Positions 54,848-64,000 of a stretch of DNA of 64,000 bases are shown piece after piece (within the stretch, counting starts at the first letter, position 1; each line of letters starts with the position of its first letter). Location: positions 43,382 through 107,381 of IMG/VR virus record IMGVR_UViG_3300030012_002034; one strand, written 5' to 3'. The notes beneath the pieces are model-generated. The model was given only the letters and a program-made list of their open reading frames with translations, had not been told where the DNA came from and did no database searches. The position numbers and the translations under genes are program-made. The DNA comes from a virus.

Positions 54848-56836
54848 ATGAAGCAAAACTGGGTAATGGACTATGAAACTTTGTCTAATTGTTTTGTTGC
54901 TGTTTTCATTGATGTTAAATCTGATGACCAAGAAATATTTGTAATTCATAAACTAAAAAATGATATAGATAATTTTATATATTTTTTAGAAAGAAATATT
55001 CTTTATAATGAATGGCATATATCTTTTAATGGTTTAGGATTTGATGGACATATCACTGAATATATACTTAGAGATAAAGAACAGTTACAACAACTTAAAG
55101 GTGAAGACATTGCAAAATGGATTTACGGCAAAGCTCAATATATTATTGGAAAACAAAATGCAAAAGAGTTTCTAGACTTTAGTCCTAGAGATCTACAAGT
55201 AAAGCAATTAGATGTATTTAAATTAAATCACTGGGATAACGCTGCAAAAAGATCTAGTCTTAAATGGATTCAATACACAATGGATTGGTCTAATATAAAA
55301 GATATGCCTATTCATCATAGTACGGAGATAACAACACAAGAAGAAATAGATCAGATAATTAAGTATTGTATTAATGATGTTGAATCTACTAAGAAGATTA
55401 TGAATCTTAGTAAAAGTCAGATACAGTTAAGACAAAAACTAACTGATGAATATAATATTAATTTATACAGTGCTTCTGAGCCAAGAATATCTAAAGAATT
55501 ATTTTTATATTTCTTAAGTAAAAAGACAGGTATATCTAAGTATGAACTTAGACAAATGAGAACATACAGAAATCTTATAGTAATTAAAGATCTTATTCTT
55601 CCATATGTTAATTTTAAAACAGCTACATTTCAAAAGCTTCTTAGTAAGTTTAAAGCAGCTACAGTAGAACCTGAGAATACAAAAGGTGGTTTTAAATATT
55701 CTGCTAGATATAGAGGAGTTAAAACTGACTTTGGTCTTGGTGGTATTCATGGAGCAAGAGAACCTGGGGTATATGAATCTGATAAAGATAATATAATTAT
55801 GTCTTCAGATGTTACAAGTTTCTATCCTAATCTTGCTATTAGAAATGGTTGGGCGCCCAAACATTTACCCAAGATAGAATTTTGTGATCAGTATGAGTGG
55901 TTCTTTGAAGAAAGAAAAAAGATACCTAAATCAGATCCAAAGAATTATGTTTACAAGATTATTCTCAACTCAACCTATGGTTTAAGTAATGATAAGAATT
56001 CTTTTCTATATGATCCTGAATTTACTATGAGGATTACTATCAATGGTCAACTTAGTTTGTGTATGTTATATGAGATGATAATGGAAGGCATTCCAGATGC
56101 AACTCCTATTATGCATAATACAGATGGTTTAGAGACTATTATACCTAGAGAATATCAAGATAAGTATATGGAAATATGTAAGGAATGGGAAGACGCCACC
56201 AACTTGCAACTTGAACATGATACATATCAAAAGGTTATTCTAGGAGATGTAAATAACTACATAGCTGTAAAAGAATACAGTGAGGTACACAAGGATATTT
56301 ATAATGACATAAAGTATTCTAACCCTCATGATTTATTTAAAGAAGAGAATGGTAAATTCTATCATGCTAGTACTAAATGTAAAGGTAGATTTGAGTTTAG
56401 TAATCTAGCTCTACATAAAAACAAAAGCTTCTTGGTTATACCAAAAGCAATTTATAATTATTTTGTACATGAAATAGACCCTGAAAAATTTATAACAGAA
56501 CATCAAAATATTCTTGATTTCTGTGGTGGTAAAAAGATAAGAGGTGATTGGACTTTCTATAGTCACTACACCAAAGATGGAAAATATGTTAAAGATGAAC
56601 TTCAACATACTCTTAGATATTATGTAAGTAATAAAGGTTGTAAGATAATTAAAAGAAATAATCTTGATGACCGGGAAATACAACTTGAAGCTGGTAAGTG
56701 GATGCAAACATTATTTATTCGCTATAAAAAGAAACCATTTGACAAGTATGATTTGAATTATAATTACTACATAACAAAAGCAAAGAAAGAAATAAAAAAT
56801 CTAGAACCGTTAATAACACAATATAAATTATTTTAA
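54848..56836 (+). CDS. polB: family B DNA polymerase
   Basis: Exo DYE, FN..GFD, YCINDV; pol DVTSFYP, K..LNSTYG, NTDG. Confidence 0.9.
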   Translation: MKQNWVMDYETLSNCFVAVFIDVKSDDQEIFVIHKLKNDIDNFIYFLERNILYNEWHISFNGLGFDGHITEYILRDKEQLQQLKGEDIAKWIYGKAQYIIGKQNAKEFLDFSPRDLQVKQLDVFKLNHWDNAAKRSSLKWIQYTMDWSNIKDMPIHHSTEITTQEEIDQIIKYCINDVESTKKIMNLSKSQIQLRQKLTDEYNINLYSASEPRISKELFLYFLSKKTGISKYELRQMRTYRNLIVIKDLILPYVNFKTATFQKLLSKFKAATVEPENTKGGFKYSARYRGVKTDFGLGGIHGAREPGVYESDKDNIIMSSDVTSFYPNLAIRNGWAPKHLPKIEFCDQYEWFFEERKKIPKSDPKNYVYKIILNSTYGLSNDKNSFLYDPEFTMRITINGQLSLCMLYEMIMEGIPDATPIMHNTDGLETIIPREYQDKYMEICKEWEDATNLQLEHDTYQKVILGDVNNYIAVKEYSEVHKDIYNDIKYSNPHDLFKEENGKFYHASTKCKGRFEFSNLALHKNKSFLVIPKAIYNYFVHEIDPEKFITEHQNILDFCGGKKIRGDWTFYSHYTKDGKYVKDELQHTLRYYVSNKGCKIIKRNNLDDREIQLEAGKWMQTLFIRYKKKPFDKYDLNYNYYITKAKKEIKNLEPLITQYKLF

Positions 56837-56838
56837 TC

Positions 56839-57954
56839 ATGGGATTTAAAATTAAAAACTACGGGAGAGCGCATATAATAGGTGCAGCTCTTCCAAATCA
56901 TGCAGATACTTATACTGTAATTAAACATGAAGATGTAATTAATCTTTGTATAAATGAGTTAGAACAAGCAGGTTTTAATATTATTGGAGAAACATATAGA
57001 GCAACTAGTCTAGGAGACATTGCTACTGGTGTATATAAAGTAAGCTATGGTAATGATCCTGATTTAGGAATCATGTTAGCTTGGACTAATAGTTATAATA
57101 AGCAAGTTGCATTTAACTGTACTTCAGGTGCTTACGTTGTAAACTCTGGAAACCTTATGATAGGTAACTACGGAACCTTAAATAAGTTTAGAAGAAAACA
57201 TACAGGAACAGCAGATGAAGATACTGAGAATTCTATTAAAGATCAGATTACACATGCTAAGATGCACTTTGCAAGTCTTGCAGAGGATAAAAAGAAGATG
57301 GAAAATATCAAGATGAGTAGAACTGAACAAGCTGAACTGCTTGGTATTTTATTTGCTAAAGAAGATCTTCTTACTCCAAGACAAGCTACTATAGTAAAAA
57401 AGCTTATGAATAAACCTAACTTCTTTTACTCAGGTGGTAGTGACAGCTTATGGACATTTTATAACTATGTAAGTGAAGCTCTACAAGATACTCATCCAAT
57501 AAGATGGTTGATTGATCAGAGATTCTTTCATGAATTTATCAGAGGTTTTAAAGATCTAGATAATATAGAGACTGAAGTTAGTGATGATAAGCTTACTCAA
57601 GTTTTCTTTAATGGAGAAAGTCCGCTAGCACAAGTTAATGACTTAACAGCATGTCCTCCTGTAGATCCTGCTCAAGTAGACTTAGAAGATTCTATTGCAG
57701 AAGTAGAAGCTGAGGCTAAAGCTACAGAAGATGAACCTACAATTGAAGAGCAAATAGCTGAAGATGAAGCTGCAGTAGCTGATGTATGTGATAAACATGA
57801 AGAAGAAACTCCATCTGAAATGAATGACATAGATGTCACAAAGTTAAAACTAGATCCTACAGCTTTCAGAGCTAATGTGACAATAGACAATGACTTTGAT
57901 TTTGAAGAAGATGAAGAAGAAGAGGAGTCTGCAGAAGCTGACTTTGATTTTTAA
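56839..57954 (+). CDS. DUF932/DUF945-like protein with long acidic tail
   Basis: Y.VI.H, W.NSYNK, RKHTG, SLW.FYN...EAL. Confidence 0.6.
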   Translation: MGFKIKNYGRAHIIGAALPNHADTYTVIKHEDVINLCINELEQAGFNIIGETYRATSLGDIATGVYKVSYGNDPDLGIMLAWTNSYNKQVAFNCTSGAYVVNSGNLMIGNYGTLNKFRRKHTGTADEDTENSIKDQITHAKMHFASLAEDKKKMENIKMSRTEQAELLGILFAKEDLLTPRQATIVKKLMNKPNFFYSGGSDSLWTFYNYVSEALQDTHPIRWLIDQRFFHEFIRGFKDLDNIETEVSDDKLTQVFFNGESPLAQVNDLTACPPVDPAQVDLEDSIAEVEAEAKATEDEPTIEEQIAEDEAAVADVCDKHEEETPSEMNDIDVTKLKLDPTAFRANVTIDNDFDFEEDEEEEESAEADFDF

Positions 57955-57967
57955 TAGTTACAAATAT

Positions 57968-58000
57968 AGGGGAATGACTTTGGTTGTTCCCCTTTTTTTT
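57968..58000 (+). terminator. intrinsic terminator overlapping a host-type promoter
   Basis: AGGGGAATGAC-TTTG-GTTGTTCCCCT + T-run; TAAATTTG follows at 58001-58008. Confidence 0.75.
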
Positions 58001-58011
58001 TAAATTTGAAT

Positions 58012-59289
58012 ATGACAAAATCTCTAGGTAATCACATTTTGGTTGAGTTCATGAATTGTTCTCCAGAAATAATGAATGATGCTTCTGCAATTGAACAAAA
58101 CATGGTTGGAGCAGCTAAACTTGCTGGAGCAACAGTTGTCAATTCTACCTTCCATCATTTTTCTCCATACGGAGTTTCAGGTGTTGTTGTTATTGAGGAA
58201 AGTCATTTTGCAATTCATACTTGGCCTGAATATGGATATGCTGCAGTAGATCTATTTACATGTGGTGAAATAAATGCGTGGTTATCTTTTGATAATCTTA
58301 AAGAATGCTTTGGTGCACAATCATATTCTGCTATTGAAATGAAAAGAGGGTCTCTTAATTTATTAAAAAGAAATAATTTTAAAATTCCTAATACATCTAG
58401 AATAAAAGATAATCATAATAATTTAAATGTATATGCAAGAAACGTTTGGTTTACTGATAAAGATGAGAATCAAGCTTTGTCATTAAGATTTACCGGTGAG
58501 GTTTTTCATGATACCCAGTCTCCTTTTCAAAGAGTACGTATTTTAAAATCTTATAAATATGGTAAAATGCTTGCATTAGATGATATGGTTATGACTACTG
58601 AAAAAGATGAATTTCATTATCATGAGATGATTAGTCATCCTTCGGTCTTTATTCATGGAAATGTTAAAAATGTTTTAGTTATTGGAGGAGGAGATGGAGG
58701 AACAGTAAGAGAACTTTTAAGACATGAAGAAATTAAAAAAATCACCATGGTTGAAATTGATAATGAAGTTATTAATGCTTGTAAAAAACATTTACCTTTA
58801 ATAGCATCAGAGTTTAATAATCCCAGATTAAATTTAATTATTGATGATGGAATTAAGTTTGTAAAACTTGCTAAAAAAGAAACATATGATTTAATTATAG
58901 TTGATGGCTCAGATCCAGTTGGTCCTGCAGAAGGTTTATTTACAAAAGAGTTTTATGAAAATTGTTATAATGCTCTTTCAAAAAAAGGGATACTTGTAGC
59001 ACAAGGAGAATCTCCAAAGTTTAATGAAAATGCGTTTATAGTTTTAAACAAAACATTAAACAATATTTTTGGATCAAATAATACTGCTATATCTTTATTT
59101 TATGCACCAACTTATCCAACAGGAATGTGGAGTTTTCAGTATGGTTTTAAAGGTAATGTAGATTCTATCTCCTTATCCAAAAAAGGACAAATAGAGACAT
59201 TTGTATCCAAGCATAAATTATCTTACTATAATTATGAAATTCATCTTTCAAGTTTTGTATTACCTAATTTTATAAAAAATAAGATATAA
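58012..59289 (+). CDS. speDE: S-adenosylmethionine decarboxylase - spermidine synthase fusion
   Basis: N-terminal [16 protein letters not shown]|[10 protein letters not shown]...DLFTCG; C-terminal [35 protein letters not shown]. Confidence 0.92.
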   Translation: MTKSLGNHILVEFMNCSPEIMNDASAIEQNMVGAAKLAGATVVNSTFHHFSPYGVSGVVVIEESHFAIHTWPEYGYAAVDLFTCGEINAWLSFDNLKECFGAQSYSAIEMKRGSLNLLKRNNFKIPNTSRIKDNHNNLNVYARNVWFTDKDENQALSLRFTGEVFHDTQSPFQRVRILKSYKYGKMLALDDMVMTTEKDEFHYHEMISHPSVFIHGNVKNVLVIGGGDGGTVRELLRHEEIKKITMVEIDNEVINACKKHLPLIASEFNNPRLNLIIDDGIKFVKLAKKETYDLIIVDGSDPVGPAEGLFTKEFYENCYNALSKKGILVAQGESPKFNENAFIVLNKTLNNIFGSNNTAISLFYAPTYPTGMWSFQYGFKGNVDSISLSKKGQIETFVSKHKLSYYNYEIHLSSFVLPNFIKNKI

Positions 59290-59292
59290 TAA

Positions 59293-62200
59293 CTAGTAAG
59301 AACCTGTCCAAGCTTTAGTTGTTTTCTCTAATTTAAATGCAGGATCATAAGTTCCACCTTTGATACCAAACATTCTACCAAAGTCATTCCATATTTTATA
59401 ACTTCCTTTCTTCTGCCAAGAATAAGGACCCACATCTCTTTTATAAACAGCTCTTGGATCACCTCCAGCCATCTGTGCAAAGTGATTTATAATTTTAGCA
59501 TACAATTGAATTGTTGGCCCAGTTGCAATAGATGTATTTTTTACTAAATCTACTTGGTCATCATATCCAAATATAGGATTAAATAACTCATTCTCTTTCT
59601 TGGTCATTAAGGTTAAGTATAATAAATGATTTACCATCCACCCATCTAAACTTTTTTGTCTTTCTTCTAGTTTTTTAAATCTATCAGGATCATCCAGATC
59701 AAATCCAAATAAATATGTTACTACAAGACTTAAAGCAATAATCATTGCTGCTTCAATTAAAGTTTTATTTATAGCTTCTCTTTCTTCAGCAGTCATTATA
59801 GGAGCATAATTATTATAGTCAGTTAGTAATCTATAAGTGCTTTGTAAAAATTGAATATAAAACCCTTTCTTTACACCTGACCCTTGCCAATCATAGACAT
59901 CTCCATATTTATTTTCTTCATTCTGACTATACTGGAATCTAGCAGTAAACATAGGAATAGCAAACTTTCTATAAAAGGTTACTAATTTAAAGAACATGTT
60001 TTTGTTAGCTTGCGCAGAATTAAATTTATCTACCTCACCATTAAGTCTTTTGTTTATATCAGCAACTCTAAACTTAAAATCTTTAAACTTAGAACCTTTA
60101 GATATTACAACTTTGTCTCCTTCTTTATATTGAGCTTCTCCTTCTATTCTATTTTTTTCTTTTAACTGATCAACAGTTAATCCGTATTGTTGCGCAATAC
60201 TTTTTAAAGTATCTCCTTTTTTAAATATATGTGTAATACGTTCTGGACTATACTCAATATCTACTCCATCTTTTAACTTTATCAATCCTTCTGAATCTAA
60301 TTCATAAGCTTTATGTAGCTTAATCATTTTCTTTTCTCCATTAGGTAATCTTTGTTCAACTAAATGATTAGCAGCAGCACTAAAAAATAATTCAGCAGAA
60401 GAACTAACTTCAAGTAACTTTCTAAAATCATATAACCAAGTAGCATCTAACATATCTTTTATAAAAGTTCTAGATGTAGATTTACCAAAGTCTTTTCTAA
60501 ACTTATTAGGGATTGCTTCAAAGACTTCCATCATTTGAAAGTTTAGTGATTTAGATCCTCTTTTATAGATATCACCCTTATACTTAGACATTTCAAATAT
60601 AGCTCCTGCTGCTATAGCTTTACCTTCTGCAGCTGATTGATAAGTAATATACTTACCACCTCCTGCTTCTATTAAAGCTTGGACAGTCATCTGAGTTCTG
60701 TTCTTTGCAGCTGATGGTACATCTAATGCAATGAATGAAGCACTTGCTGCACCCATTAAAGTATTCATTACTTTAGCCATACCAGGAAATCTTTCTTGTA
60801 AGTCATCATTTACTTTACCATAGAACATTCTATCAATAAAGAAATTTAAAGCTTCTGCTCTTTGATTAGTTCCTCCTTTCTTCATAAATGCAAACCTACT
60901 TCTACTCTTAGATACTTGAGCACTAGCCTTAGACATATTTTTTATATCAAACTCTTCATTGTTTAATATAGACTTCATCATTTTTGCAATAGGCTCATTT
61001 TTTATTAACATCTCTTGCATATTAAGAGACATTAAATACTTAGACATTCCTCCTAACACATCAGCTGAAGTTTCTTCATGATTTAATTTATAAAGACCTT
61101 CAACAGGAATTCTACTTACAGGATTACCTGACCAGTCAGTCTGAACTAAATGAATATCCGGATCATAATTAAATGTTTGATTTTGATTACCATCAGCATC
61201 ATCTTTTGCTTTTGTAAATCCAGATTTAATACCAGATACTATAGCTTTAGTTTTATCATATGCATCTTCGGCAGCACCTCCTTGTAAATATTCTAATGTA
61301 CCTTTTTTTCTCATACGGGTTTGATCCAAGAATAATTTTGAAGAATCTGGTTTACCTTCTTGAATTTTAAGGTATTGTTTTTTATACTCTTGAAGTAATC
61401 TAAATCTAGCCCCACCTTCTTTTTCTAACTGATAGTATAAATCATTTCTATATTTAGCAGATACTGAGCTACCGGGTACACCTGCACCTTTAAACTCTTT
61501 AGGTTGAAAGTTTCCTTTATTATCTACTATTCCTTTCTCTACATAATATCTTTTCTGTTCATCTGTTAAGTTTATATACTCGTCAGGTAAAGTTCTATAT
61601 TTTTTCTTAACAGACATTTTACTATACTTACCACCAGGTTTACCTTTTATATAAATAGGATTACCTGTATTAGGATTAGTAAGCTTTGTAGTTGAATAAT
61701 ACTCATCTCCTATAGGAGTAACTGCTGTCCATGCACTTATCCTTCTCCACTTTTTAGTTTTTTTAAACTGACCTGTTTCACTTTTAGACCATGTATCTAC
61801 TTGATAATGATTGCTATCAAAGAAGTTTTTAAAAGCATCGCTGCTATCTCTTAATGTTTGGATCAATGGAGAGTTAATAAACTCATCTGCATTAGTATAG
61901 TTTATTTGAGTAAGTGTTCCTTCTTGAATTAAATTCTGTTGTGTTAGATCTGCAATTATATTACCTGCAGAACTAGTAAACAATGCTATATATTCAGCAG
62001 TTGGTTTACCTGATCTTAGTCCAGCTAGTTTATCAAAGTAACCTGAAAGCTGTTGAGCTTCAATCTTACTTAGACCCATTGTATCATGTATTAAACTAAG
62101 CCTTACAAACTCAAGATTTTCTTTTTCAGTTAACTTCTCACCTGCTTCTTTTAAGTTTTTAAGATTTCTAAAAGTTTCTAACTCTTCTCTGGATAATCCA

Positions 62201-64000
62201 GTTTGAGCATTAAACTCTTCTTTAATTTTAGCATACTCAACATCTAACTCTTTTAGTTTTCTAATTTGTCCTTGTGTAAAACCCATTCCATCAGGAACAC
62301 CATCAGAACTAGATACTTTAAGTAACAAACTTCTTTGAGTAGATATCTTATTTAGTTTCTTTGCAACTGAACTTACACCACCCTTATCAGTTAATTCTTT
62401 TATCTTGTCAGTTATCTCTTTAACTTCATCAAAGTATTTTTGTGAAGGAGCTGATATATAATTTCTATCAATGAATTCTCTTACTTCTTGTTCATACTGC
62501 TCTGCTGTTTCACCTGTAGGATATATTTTTCTTAAAGGTAATTCAACCTTCATAAACTTATCAAGGTCATCTTGTGCTGCATCGTAGTCTACATTAAACT
62601 CATATATATCTTTTGATTCTTCTCTATGCTTTAGTCTTACAAGAGTCTTCTTAAGTTCATCTCCTGTTTTATAATTACCTTCTGTATCAATTAGATTAAA
62701 CAGATCTTGATAATCTTTAGTAGCCATATCTAATCTACTAAACGGCATAAAGTCATCAGCATCTCTATAATCAGATTGTTGATAAGTTCTTTTTGTATTT
62801 TGTAATAAATTCTTTTCTTCCCAGGCTTCTGTAGATAACTCTTTACTTACAGTTATTTCTTTTCCTGTGTTAGGATCTATTACCACATTAACTTGCTTCC
62901 AAATTTGATTGACCTCATAAAACTTATCAGAATACTTTCTATGCATATAGTCTTCTTCAAACTTCCATAACTCATCTTGAGCTTGAGCTATCTTTGTTTT
63001 ATCTTCTGATTCTACAGCTACTTCTAAATTATGCTTAAGTTGATTATAATCTTTTCTCCAACCTTTGAATTTATTAATTAAAGTATAAACCTTCCACTCT
63101 TCAAACTCTCCCATATCATTTTTGATACCAACATCATCTAGTTCAAATAACATATCTCTTAGCTCAGTAGTTTTATTTGGATCATAACCTACCTCATCTA
63201 ACAAAGGAAGAATACTATTCATAAATATATTCTGATCTTTTTGACTTTTTACAGCAGCATCAGAAAGCTCTTTATTCATTCCCATTACAAAAGCAATTGA
63301 TGGATCATTAATATCTACATAAGGTATATAGTTAGCAGCCATGTAGTTCATGTCTCCTTTTTCACCACGTAACATAGAATCTAATATCTGAGGAGTAATA
63401 TATAGTGCAGCAAACTCTTGAATATATTTATCTAAGTATTTTTTTCTTCCTGCAGGTACAGTTCCTCCTAAGTCTTGTTTAAGCATATCTATAGTATACT
63501 TTTTAATCTGACCTTCTTTTTTTGCACGTTTAATAATATTTTTTAAAAACTTATCTTGTTGTTCTTTACTATAACCTGCATCATTTAAGATGGGTTCATA
63601 TCTTACTTTAAACTGATTCTCAATTCCTATGTTCACTCCTTCTGAGTTTTCATACATATAGTTCTTTATTGTATCAAACTGTAAGTCTGCTATTTCATCA
63701 AGAGCTTCACTTGTAATATTTCTAGATGTTAATATTTTTTTCTTTAATTCACTTCCATCTGGTAAACCATCTAAAGCTTTTAAGACATCGTCCTTTAAAA
63801 ACTTTTTTTGTTGTTGTAATATATCTGCAAAGTATTGAGTCTTAAATGAACCTTCTTGAGTCAAGTACTCTTTACTTCGCTTCATGTCTCTTACAATGTC
63901 TTGTATTCTTTTACCTAATACTACTGACTCATGAAGACTTTTTACAAAATTATATGCTCTGGCTTGATAGTTCATATCTTTACTTTCCATTACATTTAGT
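59293..64000 (-). CDS. giant virion cargo/ejection-type protein with LysM insert (5'-truncated by window end)
   Basis: At least 1565 aa, frame open to the window edge; LysM at about 60103-60234; hydrophobic helix near the C-terminus. Confidence 0.65.
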   Translation of the reverse strand, partial: LNVMESKDMNYQARAYNFVKSLHESVVLGKRIQDIVRDMKRSKEYLTQEGSFKTQYFADILQQQKKFLKDDVLKALDGLPDGSELKKKILTSRNITSEALDEIADLQFDTIKNYMYENSEGVNIGIENQFKVRYEPILNDAGYSKEQQDKFLKNIIKRAKKEGQIKKYTIDMLKQDLGGTVPAGRKKYLDKYIQEFAALYITPQILDSMLRGEKGDMNYMAANYIPYVDINDPSIAFVMGMNKELSDAAVKSQKDQNIFMNSILPLLDEVGYDPNKTTELRDMLFELDDVGIKNDMGEFEEWKVYTLINKFKGWRKDYNQLKHNLEVAVESEDKTKIAQAQDELWKFEEDYMHRKYSDKFYEVNQIWKQVNVVIDPNTGKEITVSKELSTEAWEEKNLLQNTKRTYQQSDYRDADDFMPFSRLDMATKDYQDLFNLIDTEGNYKTGDELKKTLVRLKHREESKDIYEFNVDYDAAQDDLDKFMKVELPLRKIYPTGETAEQYEQEVREFIDRNYISAPSQKYFDEVKEITDKIKELTDKGGVSSVAKKLNKISTQRSLLLKVSSSDGVPDGMGFTQGQIRKLKELDVEYAKIKEEFNAQTGLSREELETFRNLKNLKEAGEKLTEKENLEFVRLSLIHDTMGLSKIEAQQLSGYFDKLAGLRSGKPTAEYIALFTSSAGNIIADLTQQNLIQEGTLTQINYTNADEFINSPLIQTLRDSSDAFKNFFDSNHYQVDTWSKSETGQFKKTKKWRRISAWTAVTPIGDEYYSTTKLTNPNTGNPIYIKGKPGGKYSKMSVKKKYRTLPDEYINLTDEQKRYYVEKGIVDNKGNFQPKEFKGAGVPGSSVSAKYRNDLYYQLEKEGGARFRLLQEYKKQYLKIQEGKPDSSKLFLDQTRMRKKGTLEYLQGGAAEDAYDKTKAIVSGIKSGFTKAKDDADGNQNQTFNYDPDIHLVQTDWSGNPVSRIPVEGLYKLNHEETSADVLGGMSKYLMSLNMQEMLIKNEPIAKMMKSILNNEEFDIKNMSKASAQVSKSRSRFAFMKKGGTNQRAEALNFFIDRMFYGKVNDDLQERFPGMAKVMNTLMGAASASFIALDVPSAAKNRTQMTVQALIEAGGGKYITYQSAAEGKAIAAGAIFEMSKYKGDIYKRGSKSLNFQMMEVFEAIPNKFRKDFGKSTSRTFIKDMLDATWLYDFRKLLEVSSSAELFFSAAANHLVEQRLPNGEKKMIKLHKAYELDSEGLIKLKDGVDIEYSPERITHIFKKGDTLKSIAQQYGLTVDQLKEKNRIEGEAQYKEGDKVVISKGSKFKDFKFRVADINKRLNGEVDKFNSAQANKNMFFKLVTFYRKFAIPMFTARFQYSQNEENKYGDVYDWQGSGVKKGFYIQFLQSTYRLLTDYNNYAPIMTAEEREAINKTLIEAAMIIALSLVVTYLFGFDLDDPDRFKKLEERQKSLDGWMVNHLLYLTLMTKKENELFNPIFGYDDQVDLVKNTSIATGPTIQLYAKIINHFAQMAGGDPRAVYKRDVGPYSWQKKGSYKIWNDFGRMFGIKGGTYDPAFKLEKTTKAWTGSY

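Noticed and set aside
6931-57890. Antisense/shadow ORFs (e.g. 6931+, 9953-, 9990+, 12215+, 19324+, 22580+, 23212+, 24765+, 25323+, 26247-, 28426+, 46034-, 46939-, 48484-, 53858-, 55514-, 56411-, 57672-)
   Set aside because: They overlap well-supported genes and show the Phe/Ser/Ile-rich composition expected of shadow frames
25579-59289. Polyamine genes as a DNA hypermodification (putrescinylthymine) system
   Set aside because: No dUMP hydroxymethylase, 5-hmU kinase or amino-transfer enzyme recognised in the window; cannot be excluded for the rest of the genome
1-64000. Stop-codon reassignment, introns or inteins as in some crAss-like phages
   Set aside because: Terminase, portal, MCP, primase and polymerase are uninterrupted in the standard code with normal lengths; TAG and TGA end credible genes

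Overview
This is a 64-kb segment of an AT-rich, lytic crAss-like (Crassvirales-type) phage genome, probably infecting an aquatic Bacteroidota/Flavobacteria host (TAnnTTTG host promoters, no Shine-Dalgarno signals noticed). It uses the standard genetic code. The minus-strand late block (1-29.8 kb) holds Cys-rich virion proteins, ring/auxiliary capsid genes, six tiny ultra-basic proteins, major capsid, scaffold, portal, terminase, an amidase/holin/u-spanin-like lysis cassette and a LamG protein. A C-rich/G-rich divergence point at about 29.9-30.07 kb is followed by the plus-strand early and replication block: small early genes behind a repeated 18-bp motif, a 2-kb island of structured non-coding RNAs ending in an approximately 800-nt GOLLD-like RNA, SF2 and DnaB-like helicases, UDG, ClpS, Sak4-like ATPase, primase, MoxR/VWA pair and family B DNA polymerase. 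The window ends in the 3' part of a giant LysM-containing virion protein. Most notable: (i) a potentially complete, dispersed arginine-to-spermidine pathway (divergent SpeD-type decarboxylase, agmatinase, SpeD-SpeE fusion) alongside protamine-like proteins; (ii) the ncRNA island; (iii) three separable promoter classes; (iv) a T4 gene-32-like pseudoknot before an SSB-like gene. Family names come from motif recognition only; no database searches were run.
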